Notes under the pieces: generated by a model | What the model saw: the letters and a program-made list of their open reading frames with translations, nothing else | What the model was told of the DNA's origin: nothing | Databases searched by the model: none | Translations under genes and position numbers: made by a program | Part shown: piece by piece, positions 21,301-30,643 of the stretch | Layout: every line of letters starts with the position of its first letter | Numbering within the stretch: the stretch's first letter is position 1 | IMG/VR virus record: IMGVR_UViG_3300042879_001019 | Span: 1 to 60,162 of that record | Source: a virus | Lineage: Duplodnaviria > Caudoviricetes | Strand: one strand, 5' to 3' | Length of the DNA: 60,162 nt

Positions 21301-24300
21301 AAAGCAGCTTTATCTGAAAAACTTTTAAATATTGCCGAAAAACTAGACAATTATGAATTTAGAACAAAGACTGAAACTGTCGCAACTACCAAAGCAGGCA
21401 CAGCTACAAGTGCTAGAAGGACTTCTGAAGCAGTCCAAAAAATCACAGCCGAAAAATACTTCAATGGAGTCAATGCCACAGTCAATGGCCAAGAAGTAAC
21501 CCTTGTTGATAGAAATGGGCGTGTAGAAGCAACTATGCCTAATGGTGATGTTGTTGTCTTGGATACTCCAACAATGCAGATAGCTGAAGATGGATTTGAG
21601 TTTGATGATAACGATGCATTAGTTGCGGTTAATATAACAGATCGATTAGGAAACAAGACAAGAATTACTGGAGATCAGGCTCTTGACTTTGCAATTCGTG
21701 ATAGAGAAAATAAGATTGGAGTTGTTGAGCAAGCTGACTTTGATACAGTATATCAAGAAGTAGAAAGAAGGTATGTCAAAGAAGCTCCTAAGAAAAAAGT
21801 AGAGAAGGAAGCACCTGTAATTACTGAAAAAGCTGAACCAGTAGATGTAGAAGATGAGGTAAAAAAATTAGAGGAGTTATTAAAAAGAGATGATCCTAAC
21901 TTCCAACTTGACTCTGAGATAACTCAAGAAGAAAAGAAGGAAGAACTTGTATCTAAGGCTATAGAAAAGATGTCCGAATCAGATATAAATGATATATCTG
22001 AAGAAGCATTTGATGCTGAGTTTCCTACACCTGATGTAAAGACATATGCTATTGAAGTAAAAGAAAATTCAGAGCTAGCTAATAAGTTAAAACGAATGGG
22101 TTTAAAAGACTTAATTGGTAAGAAGATAAACTTAGTAATGGCTGATCAACTTAAAGTTGGAGAAGTAATGGGCAAGAAAAGAATGGGCGGTCCATTCTTC
22201 CCATTAATTGATAAACTTTTCGGCAAAGTTGCATGGGCTTCTATTAATAAGACAGCTGCAAAAGCAATAGTTAATGGAGCTATAAAGTCTGATTATACGG
22301 TTGTGTATAATATGAATCCATCTGCAATAGATTCAAATGCTGCTATAACAGAAACATTTGAAGATTTAATGCAATCATTACCGAAGAATAAACAAAAAGC
22401 AATATTCACTGCTATTCAAGAACAAGTACTAAAAAATAAGTACGCTAATAAGACAGATCAAGTAAGAGCTATAGCTAAATCATCAAAGACATTAAGTGAG
22501 TTCTTTACTGAGTTAGATAAGTTAGATGTTGATACAATATCGGCTGTAGTTAAGAATATAATGCCATCAAGAGATGTTGATGCAGGTACAAAAATAGGAA
22601 AGCTTTTACAGAACGAAGGAATAACTATAGAGACTATTCGTGAAATGAATGTAGAGCAGTTCGCATCTGAATTACCTGCTGGTGCATTGACAATGGTATT
22701 AGAAGTTACAGATAAAGCAGGCAATAAGGTAACAGCAAAAACAGCTGATGAAGCAATAATTACTCCAGAACAACAAGATGAAGAGGGATTACCTAAACAT
22801 AATAACTATCCAATATATGTAAGAGGAAAGGCTGTCGCTATGCTTAATGAAACTGTCCCTTTTTGGAACATATTAAAAGAGTCTATAAATAATATAAATG
22901 TAAAGGTAGCTGGAATTGTAAGAGAAAAATCTGGAAGAAGATTAACATCAAAAGAAGCAATTTCAAACGAGATGAGAAGTGCTTCAATGACTGCTAGTGT
23001 AGCTAAGAAAGCAATAGAAAAAACAAATACACAGTATAACAGATTCTTATCAACAATCGCTAGATCATTTCCAAATGTAGAGGTAGTGGCATCTCAGGAA
23101 GAGTTTGATGCATTACTAAAAGACTTAAATACTAAGAAGTTATCTACAAAGAATGCTAAAGTATATGGTGCTGTTTATAAAGGCAAATTATATTTGAATC
23201 CATCACTAGAAAACTATAATACACCAGTACATGAGTTTGGTCACGTATGGATAAATACTGCTAAGGTTGCATCTAAACAACTATATAGTAAGGGTATATC
23301 ATTAGTTAAAGGTACTGAGTACGAAAATAACGTAAGAGAAAATAAGGAGTACCAAAGAGTCATAAAACAAATGAAGGCAGATGGTGCTTCAGATGTAGAT
23401 ATAGATAACTACATATATGAAGAGGCATTGGCCACTGCTATTGGAGATAAGGGAGAGTCATTTGTTACAGCGTCACAGAGATTAGACTTTAAGAACTGGA
23501 TGAGAAAACTATTCTCATTTGTTAAGTCCATGACAGGTATATCTAAGTACAGTGCTGAGCAATTAGAAGATATCAATTTAGATGAGTTTGTTCAAGCTGT
23601 GTCTATAGATATAATGTCTGGCACAGAACTATTTAAAGGTGTAAAGACAAATATATCTGATGCTCTTCAGTTAATGACAAATGGAAGTAAGAGTATAGAG
23701 TATATTATGTCTGTAGCCAGAGACAATGGTATATCAGATGCAGGTATAAAGAAATATTTGACGAATCAAGGATTCAGTGAGCAAGCTATAAATGATGCAT
23801 TTAAAGCACAACCTAAAGCTCCGTCAGTTGCTAAGGTATTAGGTAAGCCAAAACCAAAACAGGTAACTGTTAATGAGATGTCAGCACTTAAAGATCAGAT
23901 TAGATTTGAAGCAAAAGCTGCTCGTGATGCTAAGGGTGACTTGAATACTAAAAGAAGAGCTCTTGCTGATGCTATTGGTGGTATGGTTAAGACTGGCAAA
24001 ATTAAAGCTCCTCAGGCTGCTACACTCGTTAACAGAATAAGCAATCTTAACTTAGATAATCCAGTAATGGTTGAGCGATTCGTCAACTATGCTGAGAGAG
24101 TCTTTGAGAGAGCTGAATATCAAGAAACACTAAATAAAGCATTTGAAACAAGAAAGTCCATCCGTAAAGCATTAAAGACTGACAACCAGCCTGAGGTAGT
24201 GGGTATGGCCAAGGAGTTTACAAAGATTGATCCATCAATGGTTGAGGACATAGATGCTTATATTGAAATGGCTGAAAAAGTTAAAAATGCTGTTAAGCCA

Positions 24301-27300
24301 TCTGTTGCAAAAATACCTAATCCTATTCTTAAACAAGCAGCTAATATTGCTGATATTTCTGAATATTCTAAAAAAGAAATCGAACGTCAAGAACAAATTA
24401 AGGCAGATGAATTTTTTGCTGCTTATAATGAAGTTGAAGGCTTGTCAAAAGACATGTCTTTAAAAGAAATGAAAGACATAATAAACTCATTGAAAGAAGA
24501 TCCAGAAGCTGAGCCTAATAAGCAAGAAAAAGTAATGGAGTTCCTGAAAGAAAAAATGTCAGAAATGTCAGATACTTTGAAGTCAATGTTCAAAACAGGC
24601 ATTGATCCAATGACTGGTGAAAAAATTACATTTGATGAAAAACAAAAAGAACTAATCAAGCGAGCATTAAAGATTGACCTTAATGAAATTTCAATCAGAG
24701 AGGCGATTAAGATAGTTGAAAGTATTGATAATTTCTTAACCAATCAGATAACAAGTGGACTTGAGGCAGCTGTTAGTTCTTATGAAGGAGCAATGAATGA
24801 TAAGCAGTTAGTTCAAAAAGGTTTTAAGGCTAAAAGTCTAAAATTCTTGAGAAGCGGAAAAATAGGAAGAGGATACACTGAGCAACTGTTCTCACTTCCA
24901 CTTATGATTGAAAAAATGTTTGGTGGTATAAACAGATCAGTCGAAGTAATGAATAAGTGGGGATTAAGTAAATTAATTAATGGTGTAAATAAAGCCAATA
25001 AGCAATTCAGTACCATTGTTGATTCATATACAAAACAACCATTTTATTCTACAAAAAATTCCCTTGGGGTCTATGTTATGAATAAAGGATTTATGGATGC
25101 TAAAAATGTATATGAAAGAGGTATGCTTGCATTCTTGAAAAGAAATCTGATTGGAACTCAAGCTGAAATGAAAGCAGAATTTGAGAGAAGAACTAGAATG
25201 ATAAAAGAATCAATCGATGTTCTAATTCAAGATGGAAACTCCAAAGAGAAGAAAATGGGTGAATTGTATAAAGAAATATATGACAAACTAAATATTGCAT
25301 CAATGGACATGGATGTAATTAATTCCAATGCATCAAAAAATAATTTAGATGCTATTAATTGGTGGGTAAATCAATGGTCGAAACATTACTCAGATTTATC
25401 TGACATAAGTTTGTCTGTATATAATACTCAGCTTGGAAGTGACTTAAACTATACACCTGATAAGTACAAAAAACTATCTTCAGAAAAAGTAAAATTTGAT
25501 AAAGAAGCAGTAGAGAGGAATGGATCTTTTGCTATATCTATTGATTATACTGACAAAAATAAATCAGGTGTATTAATAGAATCAACTAGACCAGGCGCAT
25601 TGCCAAATGGCAGATATGTAAGTCTTGATTTTGATACTAATAATGCAAAAGCATTAAAGTCTGCACTAACTGATATCAATACTGCTTCAGCTATTAGACA
25701 GATTGATGGATTCATGAGTTCTAATTCATTCAAGCAATTAATTCCTGATTCAGATGATAGAAAAATAATTACTAGAAGAATCAATACGTATATAAGAAGA
25801 GCGAAAGGTAAAAATATTGTGCCATCTGATACAATGCAAGATGTTGAGAGATTTGGAAACTTTATAACTGCTCTTGGTGTAGGTAAGGCATTAGGAGGTG
25901 TAAGTCAAGCTGTAACTCAGACAGTACCAGTTATGCTTAACACTGTTGTAAATGCAGGTCGATTTGATGTTGCTGGCGCTGAATTTAACGCATGGTTAGA
26001 TGATTTAGGCGTGTCTACGTCAAATCGTGGATTAGAATCACAATCAACAGTTGAATCAATTGATAGACAACTAGAAGCGTCAAATGGTAATACACAAAAA
26101 ATAATAAAAGGAGTTGAAAATTTAAGTCAATTTTATTTAAAGCAATTTCTTTCAAGACCAGATATATTTGTCGCTAGATCTTCATTTAAGTCATACTACT
26201 TGCAAAACTTAAAGCGTAGAGGAATAAGTACAGATATTGATTGGAAGACACACAAACCAGACATGGAGGCTGTTGAATATGCAGAAGCAATGGTTAATAG
26301 ACAGCAGAACGTATCTGATCCATTGTTGGCAGGTGAATTTTTAGCTAGCGATGAACCTATGCGAAAAATAAGTAGAAAGGCTGCATTTCCATTTGCTTCA
26401 TTTATTTTAAATCAAAAAGCAAGGATGTACAATGACTTTAGTACATTGGCTAGTGCTACTTCAACAAATGAAGATAAAATAGCAGCAGGTAGATCTTTGG
26501 CAGGTCTTGCAGTTGAATTACTTGCATTTCAATTAATTGGTTTCGGAATAAGAAGATTATATGATTCAATTGCAGCTTCATTACTTGGGGATGACGAAGA
26601 GGAAGAAAAAAATAAGAAAATATTCGGTATTAAAATGACTTCAAGAATGTACAACGCTACTAAATATCCAATTAAAAATATTTTTAATGATATTGTATCG
26701 CCTTTTCCTGGAATGACTGATAAATATGTAACATGGGGCTTGAATGAGGCATTATCTTATTATCCTTGGATGGATAATAAAGAAGTAAAAGATGCTGTAA
26801 AAGAAAGAAATAGAATACTAGAGCTAAAAGGTGAAGATCCAATGGATGCTAAAACTGAAGCTGAATTTATCAAGAATGTGAAAGATGAAGCAACATACCA
26901 ATTATTTGAAGATGAGAATGATAGAAGTGGAGGTATGTACGGGATAGCTTCAGCTACATATAACGAACTATTTGATATTTCAAAATTATCTATAACAGGT
27001 GAATTCATTGATGATTATCAAGGTAGAGAAACCACTAAAAGACTTTTAGAGTCTGATCGCGAAAAAGTAAAATACGCTGTTCCTTTTATGATAGCTTACT
27101 CAACTGGATTATTACCTAAAGATGTAGGAACTATTAGCAATAACTACATAAAAAGAATAAAGAAACAAGCCGTTACTGAAAAACAATACGACAGATACGA
27201 TGCTGTACAGAAAGACCTTGGGCGTAATCTAAAATCTTGGGAAATACAATTGGTGAAAGATAAGAAGGAATCCGAAACAGCCATTTCCGAAATAGAGTTT

Positions 27301-27435
27301 ATCGAACGAAATGGTGGATTGACAGAACGTCAAGGAAGAGAGTACTTAAAAATTATGAAGGCTATAGGTGAGCCAACTGTTTCAGATATAGTGAAAATTA
27401 AGGAAGGTCAGACAGCTGATCAGATTTTAAAATAA
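18361..27435 (+). CDS. Giant internal virion protein (3024 aa) with a zincin-like metallopeptidase motif
   Basis: HEFGH at 23230-23244 with downstream EEALA; hydrophobic Gly/Ala segments; ends the structural operon. Confidence 0.65.
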   Translation: MPNNLPSPNQILGNNSRTPNQQVENNSNLPTPDEVLGKSALKKKEVSQSTQDDGVTSLDGSNKEKKKQSVSSNQQGKYSLPGEYLDYPGKGIRRYYNGKWYDYSFTETKNGKDLSVYDVQITDPVRVNTLNKKFNKVGSTSETEEVFTGFPGQEKNEYRIIEDKWQKKMPGMNKFRIVTNEGSIQSLNKEFNKNVSIPSNLEDLKKKQDQEIQSDKKLNSSLTWVNSGLIGSEEENASKILKQKFPGFEFIKQGPLTDELLVIAPNGARTNISLDNWTDEDDRNQSVVLREFIRNNSDQDLAKTAKELSLKESQERTFLEDKKKQSLEAGILSQDWKFENGKLTIETPLDKAKKSEEFKRIQSETKTARGEYMSEKAEQFDDIYYRFKNNPNKNDEMIAAYASVKADKQEISRVNNYVNDVKNVSNDVAKEKLNIENYANDIISKVQSGEISQQEFDDIYRPEIDQKTNDLNEKYKNLSNDLKNISTVDKSINESVGKNYLIKEATGSVIGGVTSKFIKGFTYLPRLASMGEMSSADQEEIVNLITGGGTTKEYMESEKRNDLTKALFSMSESVGILTSSSLLGGGAAAYPSFYAQSYYEMKDELDKIEGMSEKEKVLLSGSYGVVSSLLEKFGIDSAMQKTAVGKNLTNSIMKSAFSDLPKNASKEFIDAAIMNSFKKYVVKSGVQAAIGAGTEGITEALQNLSGVAIKEVYDQAKGTEYFNNKSAWNILGDAVYEGYLGALGGGIMSTVTSSKDIVARGLRATLNKEQIDALINSAKVDGVNEALITNLKSSILTGKMTKDEAKEISESFNLVKSKLESLPEDMSNEDKSVSLDLLIERDKLQKESSRLDEALRAPYNERITEINNELLKISENAVQKQTTGEVPVQPEATIGGEMEEGKPQAEPQGVTEEGQVAAKEEVDQYIANMGAEARIGSTINPIMDKMSNAEYINDNDIDNAIEKIFNEVDSLDKSDYSAETKAALSEKLLNIAEKLDNYEFRTKTETVATTKAGTATSARRTSEAVQKITAEKYFNGVNATVNGQEVTLVDRNGRVEATMPNGDVVVLDTPTMQIAEDGFEFDDNDALVAVNITDRLGNKTRITGDQALDFAIRDRENKIGVVEQADFDTVYQEVERRYVKEAPKKKVEKEAPVITEKAEPVDVEDEVKKLEELLKRDDPNFQLDSEITQEEKKEELVSKAIEKMSESDINDISEEAFDAEFPTPDVKTYAIEVKENSELANKLKRMGLKDLIGKKINLVMADQLKVGEVMGKKRMGGPFFPLIDKLFGKVAWASINKTAAKAIVNGAIKSDYTVVYNMNPSAIDSNAAITETFEDLMQSLPKNKQKAIFTAIQEQVLKNKYANKTDQVRAIAKSSKTLSEFFTELDKLDVDTISAVVKNIMPSRDVDAGTKIGKLLQNEGITIETIREMNVEQFASELPAGALTMVLEVTDKAGNKVTAKTADEAIITPEQQDEEGLPKHNNYPIYVRGKAVAMLNETVPFWNILKESINNINVKVAGIVREKSGRRLTSKEAISNEMRSASMTASVAKKAIEKTNTQYNRFLSTIARSFPNVEVVASQEEFDALLKDLNTKKLSTKNAKVYGAVYKGKLYLNPSLENYNTPVHEFGHVWINTAKVASKQLYSKGISLVKGTEYENNVRENKEYQRVIKQMKADGASDVDIDNYIYEEALATAIGDKGESFVTASQRLDFKNWMRKLFSFVKSMTGISKYSAEQLEDINLDEFVQAVSIDIMSGTELFKGVKTNISDALQLMTNGSKSIEYIMSVARDNGISDAGIKKYLTNQGFSEQAINDAFKAQPKAPSVAKVLGKPKPKQVTVNEMSALKDQIRFEAKAARDAKGDLNTKRRALADAIGGMVKTGKIKAPQAATLVNRISNLNLDNPVMVERFVNYAERVFERAEYQETLNKAFETRKSIRKALKTDNQPEVVGMAKEFTKIDPSMVEDIDAYIEMAEKVKNAVKPSVAKIPNPILKQAANIADISEYSKKEIERQEQIKADEFFAAYNEVEGLSKDMSLKEMKDIINSLKEDPEAEPNKQEKVMEFLKEKMSEMSDTLKSMFKTGIDPMTGEKITFDEKQKELIKRALKIDLNEISIREAIKIVESIDNFLTNQITSGLEAAVSSYEGAMNDKQLVQKGFKAKSLKFLRSGKIGRGYTEQLFSLPLMIEKMFGGINRSVEVMNKWGLSKLINGVNKANKQFSTIVDSYTKQPFYSTKNSLGVYVMNKGFMDAKNVYERGMLAFLKRNLIGTQAEMKAEFERRTRMIKESIDVLIQDGNSKEKKMGELYKEIYDKLNIASMDMDVINSNASKNNLDAINWWVNQWSKHYSDLSDISLSVYNTQLGSDLNYTPDKYKKLSSEKVKFDKEAVERNGSFAISIDYTDKNKSGVLIESTRPGALPNGRYVSLDFDTNNAKALKSALTDINTASAIRQIDGFMSSNSFKQLIPDSDDRKIITRRINTYIRRAKGKNIVPSDTMQDVERFGNFITALGVGKALGGVSQAVTQTVPVMLNTVVNAGRFDVAGAEFNAWLDDLGVSTSNRGLESQSTVESIDRQLEASNGNTQKIIKGVENLSQFYLKQFLSRPDIFVARSSFKSYYLQNLKRRGISTDIDWKTHKPDMEAVEYAEAMVNRQQNVSDPLLAGEFLASDEPMRKISRKAAFPFASFILNQKARMYNDFSTLASATSTNEDKIAAGRSLAGLAVELLAFQLIGFGIRRLYDSIAASLLGDDEEEEKNKKIFGIKMTSRMYNATKYPIKNIFNDIVSPFPGMTDKYVTWGLNEALSYYPWMDNKEVKDAVKERNRILELKGEDPMDAKTEAEFIKNVKDEATYQLFEDENDRSGGMYGIASATYNELFDISKLSITGEFIDDYQGRETTKRLLESDREKVKYAVPFMIAYSTGLLPKDVGTISNNYIKRIKKQAVTEKQYDRYDAVQKDLGRNLKSWEIQLVKDKKESETAISEIEFIERNGGLTERQGREYLKIMKAIGEPTVSDIVKIKEGQTADQILK
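20987..21127 (+). CDS. Nested +1-frame small basic protein MPFKSKQQVKFLYSQKPQLAEKWRKESPKQNLKALPKKVKSLPKKK (46 aa)
   Basis: Complete ATG..TAG frame inside the giant gene; A-rich upstream sequence; resembles small basic MPFKS-type phage proteins (from memory). Confidence 0.5.
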   Translation: MPFKSKQQVKFLYSQKPQLAEKWRKESPKQNLKALPKKVKSLPKKK

Positions 27436-27584
27436 TCTAAAGCAATGCCGTAGCAATAGTTAAGTTTGCTGAGGTCTGATTGTATAAGGAAAGGGTGGTA
27501 TCTTAGATGGATAGCCACCCTGACTTTTTTCTTCTCGTATATATAGTCCTGTACGAGAGCAATCATTTCTTCAACTGTTATCAT
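27420..27584 (-). CDS. Small hypothetical protein (54 aa, MITVEEMIALVQDYIYEKK...)
   Basis: Start overlaps the upstream stop (TGATG); not in the ORF track. Confidence 0.5.
   Translation of the reverse strand: MITVEEMIALVQDYIYEKKKVRVAIHLRYHPFLIQSDLSKLNYCYGIALDYFKI
27492..27530 (+). terminator. Possible terminator of the structural operon
   Basis: AGGGTGG..CCACCCT stem followed by GACTTTTTT at the strand convergence. Confidence 0.45.
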
Positions 27585-28693
27585 CAGAATAAATTTGTTA
27601 AACGTGCTATCTGACCATGCTCAGGGTGATGTATAAATCCCTCAACAGCTTTTGGTGCGTGAGTATAACCATTTCTAAAATGCCAACTGTCAGAACCACT
27701 AGGCGAACGTAATGTCTCTACACATACTGACATGTAGTCCTTTGACACTTTGTGGTGCAGATGATGTACGTACACATATCTATGCTTACACTCATGCCAC
27801 ATTGATCCAGCCTCATGCGCCATTAATAATGGCAAGTCTGAATTTTTAGCACCGTCTCCATGCGTACATCCAATTAAGTTCTTGCCATACGATACATACT
27901 TACGGTGCTTCATGTCATTGTCAAAAGTAACTTGCTTGCATTTACCAAACCATGCCTCAACACATTGTAACAACATAAAGCCAGACATGAAGTCATGGTT
28001 ACTTGGATTGTACACAACATGTACGTCAGCTACTGTCATCAATGTCTCAATGATTTCAATCAATAGTTTTTTAGCTGTAACAAAATTATCGTACCACATG
28101 CCGTCAGTATCCTGTGGTGTGCCACTTGTTGTTGTACGCTTAGGGTTATCGATATGTAGAATGTCGTTTCCTGCTATAAAAATAATCTTATTAATACTGA
28201 AAGATGCTGACTTATTCAGTATACCATGCATGCCTTCGCGAACTCGCTTCACAGCTATCTGCATATTATACTCTTCGCCAGTCTCAAAGCTAGAGCATAT
28301 CTTACCGATGTGGATATCAGCAGGATCAAATACAAGGCAGTGTGGATCAGACGATGCCTCTCTTTTGAATGTAGGGTATTTTGGACTCCACTTAGACACT
28401 TCATCTATTAAGTCTTGCTTAAATTCATCATAGTTGAACTCATCGTTCTTCTTGACATTTATACTGAAGTGTTTACCTTTATGCCAATAGTGACTAACCT
28501 TGTCATAATTCACTCCAGCTGCTTTACATGCTTCATATAGACCTCTGTCTTTTGTCCAATTGTAAATGTTTCTTGCTATTGAGCTTATTGAATCATCTAA
28601 GTTAAATTCATCTGATATTATTTTTGCTACCTCATTAATACTTTTATTTTCTTCGAAAAATAATTGAGTAGCTCTATTCCGATATATCTTCAT
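27584..28693 (-). CDS. Calcineurin-like metallophosphoesterase
   Basis: Motifs DIH, GNDILH, SNHD, THGD, HHLHH. Confidence 0.8.
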   Translation of the reverse strand: MKIYRNRATQLFFEENKSINEVAKIISDEFNLDDSISSIARNIYNWTKDRGLYEACKAAGVNYDKVSHYWHKGKHFSINVKKNDEFNYDEFKQDLIDEVSKWSPKYPTFKREASSDPHCLVFDPADIHIGKICSSFETGEEYNMQIAVKRVREGMHGILNKSASFSINKIIFIAGNDILHIDNPKRTTTSGTPQDTDGMWYDNFVTAKKLLIEIIETLMTVADVHVVYNPSNHDFMSGFMLLQCVEAWFGKCKQVTFDNDMKHRKYVSYGKNLIGCTHGDGAKNSDLPLLMAHEAGSMWHECKHRYVYVHHLHHKVSKDYMSVCVETLRSPSGSDSWHFRNGYTHAPKAVEGFIHHPEHGQIARLTNLF

Positions 28694-28844
28694 GGGTTCT
28701 TTCCAGATCTCTCAAAACTCTTATTAAGTTTTGAATATTTGATTTCATCTCCTTGTAATCAGCATCAACTAAAGATTCGTAGATGCAGTCCGTTAGATCA
28801 TTAATCTCGGCCATTACTGCATTTACGTAGTTGATATTTTCCAT
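28674..28844 (-). CDS. Small hypothetical protein (56 aa, MENINYVNAVMAEIN...)
   Basis: ORF 10 nt downstream of TATATTTG (28862-28855). Confidence 0.55.
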   Translation of the reverse strand: MENINYVNAVMAEINDLTDCIYESLVDADYKEMKSNIQNLIRVLRDLERTHEDISE

Positions 28845-28862
28845 TTACTGTCAACAAATATA

Positions 28863-29129
28863 TCACTTATTAACATTATAACAAATACCTGACAGATATT
28901 TTTTTATAACTAGCTCATAGTTAATTCTATATTTATTAAGGTTATCTTTTTTGATTACCTTCTTAATGAAGTACTCACTTATAACTTTTGAGTCATCATC
29001 AAGAGCTATTGGTATATTTTCAAGCCTTTTATTTATCTTATGGAGTTTTGAATTGCTAGATAATGGAATAGCTTTTATTATGACATCTGCACAATATACG
29101 CCTTTATTCGAGAATAATTCCGTATCCAT
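28863..29129 (-). CDS. Hypothetical protein
   Basis: ORF in a tightly packed minus-strand operon. Confidence 0.55.
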   Translation of the reverse strand: MDTELFSNKGVYCADVIIKAIPLSSNSKLHKINKRLENIPIALDDDSKVISEYFIKKVIKKDNLNKYRINYELVIKKYLSGICYNVNK

Positions 29130-29340
29130 CTACTATACTTCTTATTTGTTCTCTCATGTCTTCAGCAAAGTTACGCTCTTCTGCAGTTGCTTCTCTGTTC
29201 TTATAGTATCCATGCTTAACAATAGCCCTTAGCTCTTGGTCTATATCCCATACAGCTAGTTTCCACTTGTAACCATCTAATGCATCTCTTGCATCTTCTT
29301 TCTCTTCGAACGAATCGAATTCTAAAATTATTTTTCCCAT
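29104..29340 (-). CDS. Hypothetical protein (likely start MGKIILEF)
   Basis: A-rich start region. Confidence 0.55.
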   Translation of the reverse strand: MGKIILEFDSFEEKEDARDALDGYKWKLAVWDIDQELRAIVKHGYYKNREATAEERNFAEDMREQIRSIVDGYGIILE

Positions 29341-29365
29341 GTTATTTAATTTATTAGTTGCGGAA

Positions 29366-29569
29366 TCATTTGTTTTTATCCACATTCCGCGAGTTATAAT
29401 CAATTATAAATCCTATAAATACAATTATGTTCATGCCAATCGAAGAAATAACTTCGATTATATCTTCATATATGTTTAAAGACAAGTGAACATGCCCAAC
29501 TACCCAGAAAGGTATGGATAAGTTCTGACTTATCCAAACAATAGTATACTTTATTAATCCTTTAACCAA
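29366..29569 (-). CDS. Small membrane protein
   Basis: Two hydrophobic stretches. Confidence 0.45.
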   Translation of the reverse strand: MVKGLIKYTIVWISQNLSIPFWVVGHVHLSLNIYEDIIEVISSIGMNIIVFIGFIIDYNSRNVDKNK

Positions 29570-29832
29570 TTCCTAAATGCTAGGCCCATGTTGTCTAATT
29601 GATATAAGAACGCTCTATGTTCCTCATCATTCTCTATGTCCATCTTTTTATAAAGCTGGTCGCTATTTTTTAGGACTTCTTTTATAAAATCATTTCCAGC
29701 TTTTTTAATTTGTCGGACATAAACATTTGGATACACATTTTTAATGTCCTCCATGAAGTCCATTAGGACTGGCAAAATACTTACCAAGCTCGCCAGTTTT
29801 TTCTCGTTCGATATAAATTTCTCTTTCTCCAT
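29554..29832 (-). CDS. Hypothetical protein
   Basis: Overlapping ORF within the operon. Confidence 0.55.
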   Translation of the reverse strand: MEKEKFISNEKKLASLVSILPVLMDFMEDIKNVYPNVYVRQIKKAGNDFIKEVLKNSDQLYKKMDIENDEEHRAFLYQLDNMGLAFRNWLKD

Positions 29833-30103
29833 CGCTTAAACTATTAAAATTATACTCTTTATCATTAAACATTTCTTCCTCTGTCTCATAGTATGGTCCT
29901 TCTTTATATCCTAAGTCTACCTTGCCATAGTGTTTAACAAGTATACCTCTTATATATTTTTGAACAATATAACTACTAACTCCTGTTGTTTCACTTATCT
30001 CCTCTAATGTTTTTCCTTCTGCACACAGCTGCTTTATTCTAGACTTATTCTTCTGAAACATTATAGAATGCCGTACCATCGTAGACTGTTGCTTTAACGC
30101 CAT
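29741..30103 (-). CDS. HTH-containing protein
   Basis: EGKTLEEISETTGVSSYIVQKYI helix-turn-helix; start uncertain. Confidence 0.55.
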   Translation of the reverse strand: MALKQQSTMVRHSIMFQKNKSRIKQLCAEGKTLEEISETTGVSSYIVQKYIRGILVKHYGKVDLGYKEGPYYETEEEMFNDKEYNFNSLSDGEREIYIEREKTGELGKYFASPNGLHGGH

Positions 30104-30314
30104 GATTATTTAGTTCTTTAATTCTGAATACTTGTAGTGGTCTAGGTTTTTGTCCAGGTCGTTTGACTTCAATAAACTCAACGTCTGACCCCCTTGGTAT
30201 TGCCAATAGATCAGGTATGCCAGTCTTATTGGTGACAGATAGCTTGATGACATAGTATCCTTCTTTCTCAAGTTGCTTGATTAGTTTTGATTGTATTTGC
30301 TGCTCTGTTGCCAA
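30045..30314 (-). CDS. VRR-NUC (PD-(D/E)XK) nuclease, candidate resolvase
   Basis: EQQIQ..GIPDL..FIEVKRPG..PLQ motifs; TTG start after TATATTTG. Confidence 0.8.
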   Translation of the reverse strand: MATEQQIQSKLIKQLEKEGYYVIKLSVTNKTGIPDLLAIPRGSDVEFIEVKRPGQKPRPLQVFRIKELNNHGVKATVYDGTAFYNVSEE

Positions 30315-30355
30315 TATTTGCCAAATATATAGATTATTGGCAAATGTTTGAAATA

Positions 30356-30398
30356 AAAATATAACAAAGTGCAAGCGAAACTATTGCATCGCCTGCAC
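30356..30398 (-). terminator. Probable terminator
   Basis: GTGCAGGCGA..TCGCTTGCAC stem followed by TTTGTTATATTTTT on the minus strand. Confidence 0.55.
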
Positions 30399-30404
30399 GA
30401 CTGT

Positions 30405-30462
30405 TATACCCAATCGGGTTTAATTGTAGTAAATAAGCTTATATTATACCTTATCGGGTATT
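30405..30462. repeat. Paired TATACC-GGGTWT palindromes
   Basis: TATACCC-AATC-GGGTTTA and TATACCT-TATC-GGGTATT. Confidence 0.7.
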
Positions 30463-30638
30463 TAATAATCATCCATTGAGCCATCAGGATAGACCCATGT
30501 GCCTTCAGATAAATAAACTCCACCTATCTCATTTAATGCATCTTTAAAATGATAAAATGCTAAAAAAACATCATCACAATCCTTTTCATAATACTTTTTA
30601 CCGTTAAAGTAAACTGGGAACAATTTTTCTTCTTTCAT
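30462..30638 (-). CDS. Small hypothetical protein (58 aa, MKEEKLFPVYFNGKK...)
   Basis: Complete ORF just after the helicase stop. Confidence 0.55.
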   Translation of the reverse strand: MKEEKLFPVYFNGKKYYEKDCDDVFLAFYHFKDALNEIGGVYLSEGTWVYPDGSMDDY

Positions 30639-30643
30639 AATTC

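Noticed and set aside
479-27008. Many minus-strand ORFs opposite the structural genes, and plus-strand ORFs opposite the replication genes
   Set aside because: Shadow frames of long real genes with no motifs or start signals
29376-29384. Perfect DnaA box TTATCCACA (another at 5296 on the opposite strand)
   Set aside because: Isolated single 9-mers inside ORFs, not clustered; compatible with chance
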